Shown: positions 1-8,418 of the stretch, piece by piece
How the letters are laid out: each line of letters begins with the position of its first letter
How positions within the stretch are numbered: the stretch's first letter is position 1
Origin: a virus
Lineage: Duplodnaviria; Heunggongvirae; Uroviricota; Caudoviricetes
DNA: 25,801 bases
Reading direction: 5' to 3' (one strand)
Virus record (IMG/VR): IMGVR_UViG_2693429554_000019
The notes under the pieces: model-generated
Databases searched by the model: none
Told to the model about the DNA's origin: nothing
Seen by the model: the letters and a program-made list of their open reading frames with translations, nothing else
Program-made: the position numbers and the translations under genes

Positions 1-1053
1 TTACGGGGTAATGCCAACCGCTGCCGCCACTTTGTCGCCACTTGGCAGCGTTGCCAGAGGATTGAAACGAAGCGCCGTTTCCAGATGATCCGGTGCCAGA
101 TGTGCGTAACGCATAGTCATTTTTATATCGTGGTGTCCGAGAATTTTTTGTAAGGCCAGAATGTTTCCACCCGACATCATGAAGTGCGCCGCAAACGTAT
201 GGCGCAGAACGTGTGTGAGTTGACCGCGAGGGAGCACGATAGACGTTTTTTCCATCACGGATAAAAATTGAAAATAACAGTCTGTGAAGAAATTGAACCC
301 ATCAAGCGCCATGATCTCTTCGTAAAGCTCTTTACTGATAGGGATGCTTCTGTTTTTCTTCCCCTTCGTTCTTACAAAGGTAATTCGGTATTTGGTCACC
401 TGTGAGCGGGTAAGATTTACGGCTTCACGCCAGCGTGCGCCAGTGCTTAAGCATATCTTAACTACCAGTGCCAGAATTGGGTCCTGACGTTTACAATCAG
501 CCAGCAATTCAACAATCTGCTCATGGGTAAGCCATGCCATCTCTTTTTCTGCGATGGTGAATTTTCGCATGTTCTCCAGTGGGTTCGGATACGACCATTC
601 GCCCAGGCGGGATAGTTCGCTAAAAACACTACTAAGATAGCTTTGCTCCAGGTTAATAGTGACTGGGCTTGCTCCTTTTTTCCATTTCTCGCTGAAGTAG
701 ATCTCACCCGTCAGGCGTTTATCTCGATAGTGGGCAAACATTTTAGATGTGAGATCGGTTGCAAGGGGATTGCCCAGAGCGTCAACCATCAACAGCAATT
801 TGTCATAGACATGCTGCCCAGCGGTTAGAGATTTACCATGTAGTTTGAACCATAGCTCAACTACGTCTTTCAGTGTTCGACGATCCACTGATTCACCCAG
901 CCAGGGCTTTGCTTCGGTTTCTTCCATCGTGTGGCGCTCAAAAGCCAGAGCTTCGCCTTTGGTGGCGAATTGTTTACGCACACGACGCCCACTACGTCCG
1001 GCGGGGTAACATTCGCAAAGCCATTTCCCGGTGGTGAGTTTTCGTACTGCCAT
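1..1053 (-). CDS. int: Tyrosine integrase (P2/186-type), about 350 aa
   Basis: C-terminal tyrosine-recombinase motifs LTHVLRHTFAAH and LGHHDIKMTMRYAHL (catalytic Tyr). Stop codon occupies bases 1-3. ATG at 1051-1053 is preceded by GGAGGG; the protein then begins MAVRKLTTGKW, typical of P2-family integrases. The track ORF extends to 1209 but that extension is unlikely to be translated. Confidence 0.9.
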   Translation of the reverse strand: MAVRKLTTGKWLCECYPAGRSGRRVRKQFATKGEALAFERHTMEETEAKPWLGESVDRRTLKDVVELWFKLHGKSLTAGQHVYDKLLLMVDALGNPLATDLTSKMFAHYRDKRLTGEIYFSEKWKKGASPVTINLEQSYLSSVFSELSRLGEWSYPNPLENMRKFTIAEKEMAWLTHEQIVELLADCKRQDPILALVVKICLSTGARWREAVNLTRSQVTKYRITFVRTKGKKNRSIPISKELYEEIMALDGFNFFTDCYFQFLSVMEKTSIVLPRGQLTHVLRHTFAAHFMMSGGNILALQKILGHHDIKMTMRYAHLAPDHLETALRFNPLATLPSGDKVAAAVGITP

Positions 1054-1241
1054 AAAAAATGCCCTCCAGTAGAGAGCATTTTTACTGTATGTATAACCAG
1101 TGTCAATGTATGAAATCCTACGACCATACATCTCACTGAAGCCATAATGAAGTTGGCTATTCTTTTTGCTATGTGAGCATGTAACTTTTGCGGTTAACCT
1201 GCGGCTCATTTTTATTTTAGACGCAGATATAAAAGCAAAAG

Positions 1242-1433
1242 TTATCGTGAGTTTTTAGTACAGATTTTTTTGGATTTACTAATAGTTCCATCATTGCAAA
1301 CGAATTTGCCATCTGAGGTACAGTGAGAAACACCTCCCTTTTTCCCTGAGCAGGGATAATTTCTAGCATAGGTAGTTAGTGGGTTTAATAACAAAGAACA
1401 TGACAAAACCACAAAAAATACCTTACCAAGCAT
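1242..1433 (-). CDS. Small (63 aa) cysteine-rich protein with N-terminal signal-peptide-like segment; candidate moron
   Basis: ATG at 1431-1433 sits 15 nt after the repressor stop with GGGAGG between them. N-terminus [23 protein letters not shown] is hydrophobic; the remaining 40 aa carry 4 Cys and many Lys. Lower GC than neighbours. Confidence 0.5.
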   Translation of the reverse strand: MLGKVFFVVLSCSLLLNPLTTYARNYPCSGKKGGVSHCTSDGKFVCNDGTISKSKKICTKNSR

Positions 1434-1448
1434 AGTTTCCTCCCGGTA

Positions 1449-2105
1449 CTATTTAACATACTTGACTGTTAAACTTATAATTTTACCAATTATTTCAATG
1501 TCTTCTATCTTGCATTCGAAGGCTCTGTTTCCACCCTCGACGAAGATTCTTCCACCGGGTAAACGAGTAATGTCACGGATCGTTATTTCGCCATCAATAC
1601 TTATTACCCATTTACCATCACGTATATCATCAAATTCTTTATCACAAATAAATTCAGAATTGTTATCTGTGATGACAAAAGGTTTTTTAAACGTAGAGGG
1701 TAGAAATTCCTTATCAAAAATATAAAAACCGTCTTTCTGCAATGCTCCATCAGACAATAAATATTTTTCTACTTCTATAGTATTTGTATTTGCTGATGCT
1801 TGCTTTGAACCATGCCCTGTTGTTAGCCAATTAAGCGAGGTGCCCGTTTCAAGGGCGCACTGGATTACCCAATCTGCTGGAAAAATATCACGCATATAGC
1901 GCGTTGCCATGGTGCTCTTAGAAACACCTAAATGATCACAGAGAGCCTGACGGGTACCGAACCCATATGCTTCAACTAAACGTTCTATGGCTTTCTTACC
2001 GCCGCTATTGAAATCCACAAGTCCTCCAAAGAAATCCAAAATCCGTTGACAGATTCCAAAAGCGATCTTAAAGTTGAACCAGAAGTGTTCTTTTGGAGCC
2101 TTCAC
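1449..2105 (-). CDS. cI: CI-type prophage repressor (186 CI-like: N-terminal HTH, C-terminal oligomerisation domain)
   Basis: Segment LVEAYGFGTRQALCDHLGVSKSTMATRYMRDIFPADWVIQCALETGTSLNWLTTG matches the CI-repressor HTH pattern. Divergent from the Apl/CII operon and directly upstream of int, as in 186. The track start is GTG (2103-2105); the true start may be an internal GTG preceded by GGAGGA, about 28 codons downstream. Confidence 0.75.
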   Translation of the reverse strand: MKAPKEHFWFNFKIAFGICQRILDFFGGLVDFNSGGKKAIERLVEAYGFGTRQALCDHLGVSKSTMATRYMRDIFPADWVIQCALETGTSLNWLTTGHGSKQASANTNTIEVEKYLLSDGALQKDGFYIFDKEFLPSTFKKPFVITDNNSEFICDKEFDDIRDGKWVISIDGEITIRDITRLPGGRIFVEGGNRAFECKIEDIEIIGKIISLTVKYVK

Positions 2106-2163
2106 TACTAATCACGACAAACAACGGCTCGCCACAAGCCATATCTAGAAGGAATGTTGCCTT

Positions 2164-2367
2164 ATGACACCTAACATTTCAATTACTCTGAATACACCAC
2201 ATGTCACAATCGAACGTTATAGCGAACTGACTGGCCTTTCTATTGATACGATTAACGACATGTTGGCTGATGGCCGACTACCTCGTCATCGTCTTCGTAA
2301 AGACAAAAAACGTGAAAAGGTAATGATTAACCTGGCTGCTCTGACTGTTGATGCTTTGTCTGCTTAA
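2164..2367 (+). CDS. apl: Apl/Cox-family excisionase and switch regulator (small HTH protein)
   Basis: 67 aa. First gene of the rightward operon, divergent from cI. Motif [22 protein letters not shown] resembles the Cox/Apl HTH. AAGGAA lies 11 nt upstream of the ATG. Confidence 0.6.
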   Translation: MTPNISITLNTPHVTIERYSELTGLSIDTINDMLADGRLPRHRLRKDKKREKVMINLAALTVDALSA

Positions 2368-2431
2368 TAGACGTCTATTTTCGCAATAAGACGCTGAGTT
2401 CGATTTTGCGATAAGTTCGGAGTTGAAAACC

Positions 2432-2941
2432 ATGTTTGATTACCAAGTTTCCAAACATCCACATTTTGATGAAGCCTGTCGTGCATTCGCACTGCGCCAC
2501 AATCTGGTGCAACTGGCAGAACGTGCGGGCATGAATGTGCAGATTCTGCGGAACAAGCTGAACCCAGCTCAACCTCATTTATTAACCGCACCAGAAATCT
2601 GGCTGCTTACCGATCTGACTGAAGATTCAACGTTGGTAGATGGTTTTCTGGCACAGATTCACTGCCTGCCATGCGTACCAATTAATGAGGTGGCAAAAGA
2701 GAAACTGCCACATTACGTCATGAGTGCAACCGCAGAGATCGGGCGTGTTGCTGCAGGTGCGGTATCTGGCGATGTAAAAACCAGTGCAGGTCGTCGTGAT
2801 GCTATCAGCAGCATTAACTCTGTAACACGACTGATGGCGTTGGCTGCTGTTTCATTGCAGGCCCGTTTACAGGCTAACCCTGCGATGGCGAGTGCAGTTG
2901 ATACCGTGACTGGCCTCGGTGCTTCATTCGGTTTGCTGTGA
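2432..2941 (+). CDS. cII: 186-type CII-like lysogeny establishment regulator
   Basis: About 170 aa, immediately after apl as in phage 186. ATG at 2432 has GGAG 9 nt upstream (the track start at 2423 is TTG). Family call rests on position and size plus general similarity; not verified by search. Confidence 0.55.
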   Translation: MFDYQVSKHPHFDEACRAFALRHNLVQLAERAGMNVQILRNKLNPAQPHLLTAPEIWLLTDLTEDSTLVDGFLAQIHCLPCVPINEVAKEKLPHYVMSATAEIGRVAAGAVSGDVKTSAGRRDAISSINSVTRLMALAAVSLQARLQANPAMASAVDTVTGLGASFGLL

Positions 2942-2948
2942 GGTGCTT

Positions 2949-3245
2949 ATGCTGACGAAAGAACCATCATTTGCATCGCTGCTGGTAAAACAAAGCCCGG
3001 CAATGCACTACGGTCACGGCTGGATCACGGGTGAGGATGGAAAACGCTGGCATCCATGTCATTCACAAGATGAATTGCTGTCTGAATTGACCACGAGGAA
3101 ACGGAGAAAGTCCAAATGTATGCGGCAGAAAGTGAAGTGGTTTATCAGTTTCGTTACAGAGGGGAGAGTTATTCAGTACCTGAAGATGATTTGCTCTGTT
3201 GCTATCCGTCATTGTCGGGCGATGGCAGTTACTTTTTCGCGTTAA
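2949..3245 (+). CDS. Hypothetical early protein; 3' portion overlaps the next ORF in another frame
   Basis: ATG at 2949 with GAGGTG 5 nt upstream. First ~55 aa look protein-like; the tail reads like translated non-coding sequence and overlaps 3116-3340. The 3116 frame has a stop at 3083-3085, so the two cannot be fused. Confidence 0.3.
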   Translation: MLTKEPSFASLLVKQSPAMHYGHGWITGEDGKRWHPCHSQDELLSELTTRKRRKSKCMRQKVKWFISFVTEGRVIQYLKMICSVAIRHCRAMAVTFSR

Positions 3246-3340
3246 AGGATGGGACGTTTTTACGGGGAGAGCAGGTTAAAGAGACGATACGAAAAAATGT
3301 ATCTCCTCTTGAGCGTTACCGTAAGAACAAAGAACGATAG
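3116..3340 (+). CDS. Hypothetical early protein (74 aa)
   Basis: ATG at 3116 with GGAGAAAG upstream; protein-like composition (MYAAESEVVYQFRYRGESYSVPEDD...). Confidence 0.45.
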   Translation: MYAAESEVVYQFRYRGESYSVPEDDLLCCYPSLSGDGSYFFALKDGTFLRGEQVKETIRKNVSPLERYRKNKER

Positions 3341-3362
3341 CTGCGTTTGGGGGATATGAAGT

Positions 3363-3704
3363 ATGGCAATTAATGGCGCTGCAGCAACTGTTCCATTAAG
3401 CCCCGGTGAACGCCTGAATGGACTTAATCACATTGCGGAGTTAAGGGCGAAAGTATTTGGCCTGAATATTGAGTCAGAGCTTGAGCGGTTTATTAAAGAT
3501 ATGCGTGATCCACGGGATATCAATAACGAACAGAATAAACGAGCACTGGCTGCCATATTCTTTATGGCAAAAATTCCAGCTGAACGTCATAGCATCAGCA
3601 TTAATGAGCTGACCACTGACGAAAAGCGGGAGTTGATTAAAGCAATGAATCATTTTCGTGCAGTGGTGAGCTTATTTCCCAGACGGCTAACCATGCCGAA
3701 TTAA
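3363..3704 (+). CDS. Hypothetical early protein (113 aa)
   Basis: ORF in the rightward early operon, with a purine-rich stretch upstream of the ATG. Confidence 0.5.
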   Translation: MAINGAAATVPLSPGERLNGLNHIAELRAKVFGLNIESELERFIKDMRDPRDINNEQNKRALAAIFFMAKIPAERHSISINELTTDEKRELIKAMNHFRAVVSLFPRRLTMPN

Positions 3705-3771
3705 CCAACTAATGAAATTAATGGCGTAAACCCGCCGGGTATCCCTTTATCTAAATTCAGGAGAATTGATT

Positions 3772-4005
3772 ATGCGTAATATTGAAACCCTCAAGACTAA
3801 AACCGGACCGGATGATGCAGGGCTTAATATTTTACTGACAGAGGCTCGTCTGGAAGAACGCCGGGCAAGGGCTGAAGCAATGGCAGCTCGCCTTGATAGC
3901 CTGGCGTGTCATATCACATCCCGCCAGCTAAACCACGTCGAAGCAGCAGAACTACTGCGTGTAACTGCTGAAGCAATCCAGAACGAAGCGCAGGAGATCC
4001 ACTAA
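3772..4005 (+). CDS. Hypothetical early protein (77 aa)
   Basis: ATG at 3772 with CAGGAGA 7 nt upstream (track start 3766 is TTG). Its stop overlaps the next start as TAATG. Confidence 0.5.
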   Translation: MRNIETLKTKTGPDDAGLNILLTEARLEERRARAEAMAARLDSLACHITSRQLNHVEAAELLRVTAEAIQNEAQEIH

Positions 4006-4232
4006 TGGCTGATGCAATGGATCTCGTACAGCAGCGCGTTGAAGAAGAACGCCAGCGCCATATCCGTGCTGCCCGTGCCAAAACGCCGGGCGTGTCCCGC
4101 GTGCTTTGCATTGAGTGTGAAGCGCCAATTCCGCCAGCACGCCGCCGCGCCATTCCAGGTGTGCAGCTTTGCATTACCTGTCAGGAAATCGCAGAGCTGA
4201 AAGGCAAACATTACAACGGAGGTGCTGTATGA
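4005..4232 (+). CDS. TraR/DksA-family C4 zinc-finger protein
   Basis: Two Cys pairs, CIECEAPIP and CITCQE, spaced as in TraR/DksA C4 fingers. 75 aa. AGGAG 8 nt upstream. Stop overlaps the Dam start (ATGA). Confidence 0.7.
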   Translation: MADAMDLVQQRVEEERQRHIRAARAKTPGVSRVLCIECEAPIPPARRRAIPGVQLCITCQEIAELKGKHYNGGAV

Positions 4233-5086
4233 GCACCATCCTGAAATGGGCGGGAAATAAAACCGCCGTAATGTCCGAACTGAAAAAACATCTTCCAGCT
4301 GGCCCGCGACTGGTTGAACCTTTCGCGGGTTCCTGTGCTGTGATGATGGAGACGGATTATCCCAGCTATCTGGTTGCGGATATTAATCCTGATTTAATCA
4401 ACCTCTATAAAAAGGTTGCCGCTGATTGTGAATCGTTTATATCTCGCGCCAGAGTTTTATTTAAGGAAGCAAACAGGGAGGTGGCTTATTACAACATAAG
4501 GCAGGAGTTTAATTACTCAACTGAAATTACTGATTTCATGAAAGCGGTATATTTCCTGTATCTCAATCGTCACGGTTACCGTGGGTTATGTCGCTATAAC
4601 AAGAGCGGGCATTTCAACATTCCCTACGGTAATTATAAAAATCCGTATTTCCCTGAAAAAGAAATTCGCGCATTTGCAGAGAAAGCCCAACGAGCAACGT
4701 TTATCTGCGCCAGCTTTGATGAAACGCTGGCGATGTTGAAGGCGGGGGATGTGGTGTATTGCGATCCGCCGTATGACGGTACGTTTTCCAGCTATCACAC
4801 TGATGGTTTCACTGAAGATGACCAGTATCACCTGGCATCCGTTCTTGAACATCGGTCATCAGAAGGACATCCGGTCATTGTTTCTAACAGTGACACATCC
4901 CTGATCCGTTCGCTGTATCGCAATTTTACTCACCACTACATCAAGGCAAAACGCAGCATCGGCGTAGCAGCTGGTGAGAGTAAATCTGCAACAGAAATCA
5001 TCGCTGTTTCTGGGGCGCGCTGCTGGGTGGGATTTGATCCTTCGCGTGGCGTGGATAGTTCTGCCGTGTACGGAGTGCGTGCATGA
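4229..5086 (+). CDS. dam: Orphan DNA adenine methyltransferase (Dam-like)
   Basis: Motif [10 protein letters not shown] and motif IV DPPY ([12 protein letters not shown]); C-terminal AKRSIG resembles the E. coli Dam C-terminus. No restriction-enzyme partner nearby. GGAGG 8 nt upstream of ATG 4229. Stop overlaps the A start (ATGA). Confidence 0.85.
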   Translation: MSTILKWAGNKTAVMSELKKHLPAGPRLVEPFAGSCAVMMETDYPSYLVADINPDLINLYKKVAADCESFISRARVLFKEANREVAYYNIRQEFNYSTEITDFMKAVYFLYLNRHGYRGLCRYNKSGHFNIPYGNYKNPYFPEKEIRAFAEKAQRATFICASFDETLAMLKAGDVVYCDPPYDGTFSSYHTDGFTEDDQYHLASVLEHRSSEGHPVIVSNSDTSLIRSLYRNFTHHYIKAKRSIGVAAGESKSATEIIAVSGARCWVGFDPSRGVDSSAVYGVRA

Positions 5087-7497
5087 GCCATGCTGATATG
5101 AACAACTGCAGCGGCTTTAACGAGGCCGCCGCAGCATTCTCATGGAACAGCCCGAAAAAGGCGATTAACCCTTATCTGGACCCGGCGGAAGTTGCGCCGG
5201 TTTCTGCGCTTTCAAACCTGATCACTCTGTACGCTGCCGATAACAAGCAGGAACAACTGCGCCGCGAGGCACTGAGTGATCAGGTCTGGGAGCGTTATTT
5301 CTTTAATGAATCCCGTGATCCTGTCCAGCGCGAAATGGAGCAGGATAAGCTCATTAGCCGGGCAAAGCTGGTGCATGAGCAGCAGCGTTTTAATCCGGAC
5401 ATGGTCATACTGGCGGACGTTAACGCCCAGCCTTCCCATATCAGCAAGCCGCTGATGCAACGTATTGAATACTTCAGCAGCCTGGGCAGGCCAAAGGCTT
5501 ATTCCCGCTATTTGCGTGAGACGATTAAACCATGTCTGGAACGACTGGAGCATGTACGCGACAGCCAGCTATCTGCATCTTTTCGTTTTATGGCAAGCCA
5601 TGAAGGGCTGGACGGCCTGCTGATCTTGCCTGAAATGAGTCAGGATCAGGTGAAGCGCCTGTCTACCCTTGTTGCCGCGCATATGAGCATGTGCCTTGAT
5701 GCAGCTTGTGGTGATTTGTATGCCACCGATGACGTTAAGCCAGAAGAAATCCGCAAGACATGGGAAAGGGTGGCGGCGGAAACCCTGCGTCTGGATGTCA
5801 TCCCTCCTGCGTTTGAGCAACTCCGCCGGAAAAGAAACCGCCGTAAACCCGTACCCTATGAACTCATTCCGGGTTCGCTGGCGCGTATGTTGTGCGCCGA
5901 CTGGTGGTATCGGAAATTATGGAAGATGCGTTGCGAATGGCGGGAAGAGCAGTTGCGTGCTGTTTGCCTGGTCAGCAAAAAAGCATCTCCCTATGTCAGC
6001 TATGAAGCCGTGATGCATAAACGTGAGCAGCGCCGTAAGTCGCTGGAGTTTTTCCGTTCTCATGAACTGGTGAACGAAGACGGCGACACGCTGGATATGG
6101 AGGACGTGGTAAACGCCAGTAGTAGCAACCCGGCGCATCGCCGCAATGAGATGATGGCATGTGTTAAAGGTCTGGAGCTTATCGCGGAAATGCGCGGTGA
6201 CTGCGCCGTTTTCTACACCATCACCTGTCCGTCACGTTTCCATTCCACGCTAAATAACGGCAGGCCCAACCCGACTTGGACAAATGCGACGGTAAGACAA
6301 AGCAGTGATTATCTGGTCGGCATGTTTGCTGCATTTCGTAAGGCGATGTACAAAGCCGGATTGCGCTGGTATGGCGTGCGGGTGGCTGAGCCGCATCATG
6401 ACGGTACAGTTCACTGGCACCTGTTGTGTTTTATGCGCAAAAAAGATCGCCGCGCCATTACTGCTTTGTTGCGTAAGTTTGCCATTCGTGAAGACCGCGA
6501 GGAGCTGGGTAATAACACAGGACCACGCTTTAAGTCTGAGCTGATAAACCCGCGCAAAGGTACACCAACAAGCTACATCGCGAAATACATCAGTAAGAAC
6601 ATTGACGGGCGTGGTCTGGCTGGCGAGATCAGCAAGGAAACGGGTAAATCTCTGCGTGATAACGCTGAATACGTTAATGCCTGGGCGTCTCTGCATCGTG
6701 TTCAGCAATTCCGCTTCTTTGGCATTCCGGGGCGTCAGGCTTACCGTGAACTGCGATTGCTGGCTGGTCAGGCGGCAAGGCAACAGGGTGACAAAAAAGC
6801 AGGTGCGCCGGTACTGGATAACCCGCGCCTTGATGCCATTCTGGCTGCAGCTGATGCTGGTTGCTTTGCCACCTACATCATGAAGCAGGGCGGCGTACTG
6901 GTTCCCCGTAAATATCACCTCATCAGAACCGCTTATGAAATCAACGAAGAGCCGACCGCCTATGGCGATCACGGTATTCGTATTTATGGCATCTGGTCAC
7001 CCATTGCAGAGGGCAAGATCTGCACTCATGCAGTGAAGTGGAAAATGGTCCGTAAAGCCGTTGACGTTCAGGAGGCGGCAGCCGACCAGGGCGCTTGCGC
7101 CCCTTGGACTCGTGGCAATAACTGTCCCCTTGCTGAAAATTTGCCCCAACAAGGGAAAGACAAATCAGCTGATGGGGATACCAGAACGGATATCACCCGT
7201 ATGAATGACAAGGAGTTGCACGATTACCTGCACAGTATGAGCAAAAAAGAGCGCCGGGAACTGACAGCAAGATTACGCCTGGTGAAACCGAAACGGCGTA
7301 AAGACTACAAACAGCGAATTACAGACCATCAGCGACAGCAGCTTGTCTATGAACTGAAGTCCAGAGGATTTGACGGCAGCGAGAAAGAGGTCGATTTACT
7401 CCTTCGCGGTGGCAGTATTCCGTCAGGAGCAGGCCTGCGTATCTTCTATCGGAACCAGCGTTTGCAGGAAGATGATAAGTGGCGGGATCTGTATTAA
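5083..7497 (+). CDS. A: Replication initiator A (rolling-circle HUH endonuclease, P2/186 gpA family)
   Basis: 804 aa. HUH motif in [15 protein letters not shown] and paired catalytic tyrosines in [11 protein letters not shown]. Position after the early operon matches P2/186. Confidence 0.9.
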   Translation: MSHADMNNCSGFNEAAAAFSWNSPKKAINPYLDPAEVAPVSALSNLITLYAADNKQEQLRREALSDQVWERYFFNESRDPVQREMEQDKLISRAKLVHEQQRFNPDMVILADVNAQPSHISKPLMQRIEYFSSLGRPKAYSRYLRETIKPCLERLEHVRDSQLSASFRFMASHEGLDGLLILPEMSQDQVKRLSTLVAAHMSMCLDAACGDLYATDDVKPEEIRKTWERVAAETLRLDVIPPAFEQLRRKRNRRKPVPYELIPGSLARMLCADWWYRKLWKMRCEWREEQLRAVCLVSKKASPYVSYEAVMHKREQRRKSLEFFRSHELVNEDGDTLDMEDVVNASSSNPAHRRNEMMACVKGLELIAEMRGDCAVFYTITCPSRFHSTLNNGRPNPTWTNATVRQSSDYLVGMFAAFRKAMYKAGLRWYGVRVAEPHHDGTVHWHLLCFMRKKDRRAITALLRKFAIREDREELGNNTGPRFKSELINPRKGTPTSYIAKYISKNIDGRGLAGEISKETGKSLRDNAEYVNAWASLHRVQQFRFFGIPGRQAYRELRLLAGQAARQQGDKKAGAPVLDNPRLDAILAAADAGCFATYIMKQGGVLVPRKYHLIRTAYEINEEPTAYGDHGIRIYGIWSPIAEGKICTHAVKWKMVRKAVDVQEAAADQGACAPWTRGNNCPLAENLPQQGKDKSADGDTRTDITRMNDKELHDYLHSMSKKERRELTARLRLVKPKRRKDYKQRITDHQRQQLVYELKSRGFDGSEKEVDLLLRGGSIPSGAGLRIFYRNQRLQEDDKWRDLY

Positions 7498-7589
7498 TTA
7501 CGCGGGTTAACAATTCGTGCTCTTAATAATACCAGGCATATCAGGCTGATGAACGTAAAAAAACGTTTTACATCAGTAAGATTATTATA

Positions 7590-7609
7590 TACTGTAAATA
7601 TAAACAGTG
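7590..7609. promoter_or_regulatory. LexA (SOS) box, CTGT-N8-ACAG
   Basis: TACTGTAAATATAAACAGTG read directly from the sequence: CTGT at 7592-7595, AT-rich 8-nt spacer, ACAG at 7604-7607. Lies 42-61 nt upstream of the ATG at 7651 in an AT-rich promoter-like stretch. Confidence 0.6.
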
Positions 7610-7650
7610 GTTATACATACAGTATTTCTTGTGGTGTCATAGGAGGAAAG

Positions 7651-7839
7651 ATGCAGGACTATTTTTTGGAGTCTTTGAAGCTCCAGCGCATTGATTTTTT
7701 TCTTAAGCTTGTAGCGGCTAGTGAGTGTAGTGATGAAGAGAAGGGGCTGGCTCTGCAGTGGGTTTCTGAACTAACAGATGAACTCATGGCAAAAATCAGA
7801 ACCCACGAATACAACCGCTCAATGGATGTCATCAGCTGA
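7651..7839 (+). CDS. Small SOS-regulated protein (62 aa), possibly Tum-like antirepressor moiety
   Basis: ATG at 7651 preceded by AGGAGGAAAG; downstream of the LexA box. The track ORF from 7549 is an untranslated N-terminal extension. Function inferred only from context with the DinI-like gene. Confidence 0.45.
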   Translation: MQDYFLESLKLQRIDFFLKLVAASECSDEEKGLALQWVSELTDELMAKIRTHEYNRSMDVIS

Positions 7840-7849
7840 GGTGACTTTT

Positions 7850-8083
7850 ATGCGCATTGAAATAATGATCGATAAAGAGCAGAAGATTAGCCAGTCTATC
7901 CTGGACGCCCTTGAATCCGAGCTTTACCGCAATCTGCGCCCCCTGTATCCCAAAACGGTAATTCGCATCCGCAAAGGTAGCTCTAACGGTGTGGAACTGA
8001 CAGGACTGCAACTGGACGAAGAAAGAAAACAAGTGATGAAAATTATGCAGAAGGTGTGGGAAGACGACAGCTGGCTGCATTAA
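7850..8083 (+). CDS. DinI-family protein (77 aa)
   Basis: MRIEIMIDKE...ILDALESEL...KVWEDDSWLH parallels E. coli DinI (MRIEVTIAK...IDALAGEL...ETWESADDWF). GAGGTG 6 nt upstream of ATG 7850. Co-directional with the preceding ORF, so probably under the same LexA box. Confidence 0.7.
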   Translation: MRIEIMIDKEQKISQSILDALESELYRNLRPLYPKTVIRIRKGSSNGVELTGLQLDEERKQVMKIMQKVWEDDSWLH

Positions 8084-8099
8084 GAAACGTTGCCCCAAG

Positions 8100-8418
8100 A
8101 GAATTTATTCTGATGGAGGTTAGTTTGGACAACGAGTGAAATAAGGTGGGCGGTCATTTTGATAAATGATCGTCCGCTTTGTGCCAGATATAGTCATTCG
8201 AACCCTGAGAGTTACACTTTTAAGTGATTCAGGGTATGCGCTTACTGGTTACGAATATTGTGCCAGAATCATGTGATTTGATGATTGCCGCTTTGCTTTC
8301 GAGCCAGTAAGTGCTCCACGTTCGCTAACGAATACTCAGGGCATGCAGAAAACTGCTGACTATATTTCTTTCGAAGAACGTGGAATGCATACCAATCCCC
8401 GATAAAAAGGAGTTGGTG
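8100..8418 (+). ncRNA. Candidate IS110-type non-coding (bridge-like) RNA in the left end
   Basis: About 320 nt non-coding region directly 5' of the transposase. Imperfect inverted repeat TCCACGTTCG (8315-8324) / CGAAGAACGTGGA (8372-8384). Hypothesis only. Confidence 0.2.

Noticed and set aside
1054-1209. N-terminal 52-codon extension of the integrase ORF in the track
   Set aside because: The ATG at 1051-1053 has a GGAGGG site and gives the typical P2-family integrase N-terminus; the extension has no ribosome-binding site and would run into the intergenic region.
2106-2163. Specific -35/-10 assignments for the lytic and lysogenic switch promoters
   Set aside because: Several weak hexamer matches are possible and the repressor start is uncertain; calling them without transcript mapping would be guesswork.
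6250-6972. 240-aa ORF antisense within gene A
   Set aside because: It lies entirely inside the well-supported replication initiator gene on the opposite strand; long antisense ORFs are common in this GC range and nothing supports a start.
7549-7650. Track ORF start at 7549 upstream of the 62-aa SOS-regulated gene
   Set aside because: The extension would cover the LexA box and promoter region; the ATG at 7651 has a strong AGGAGG site.
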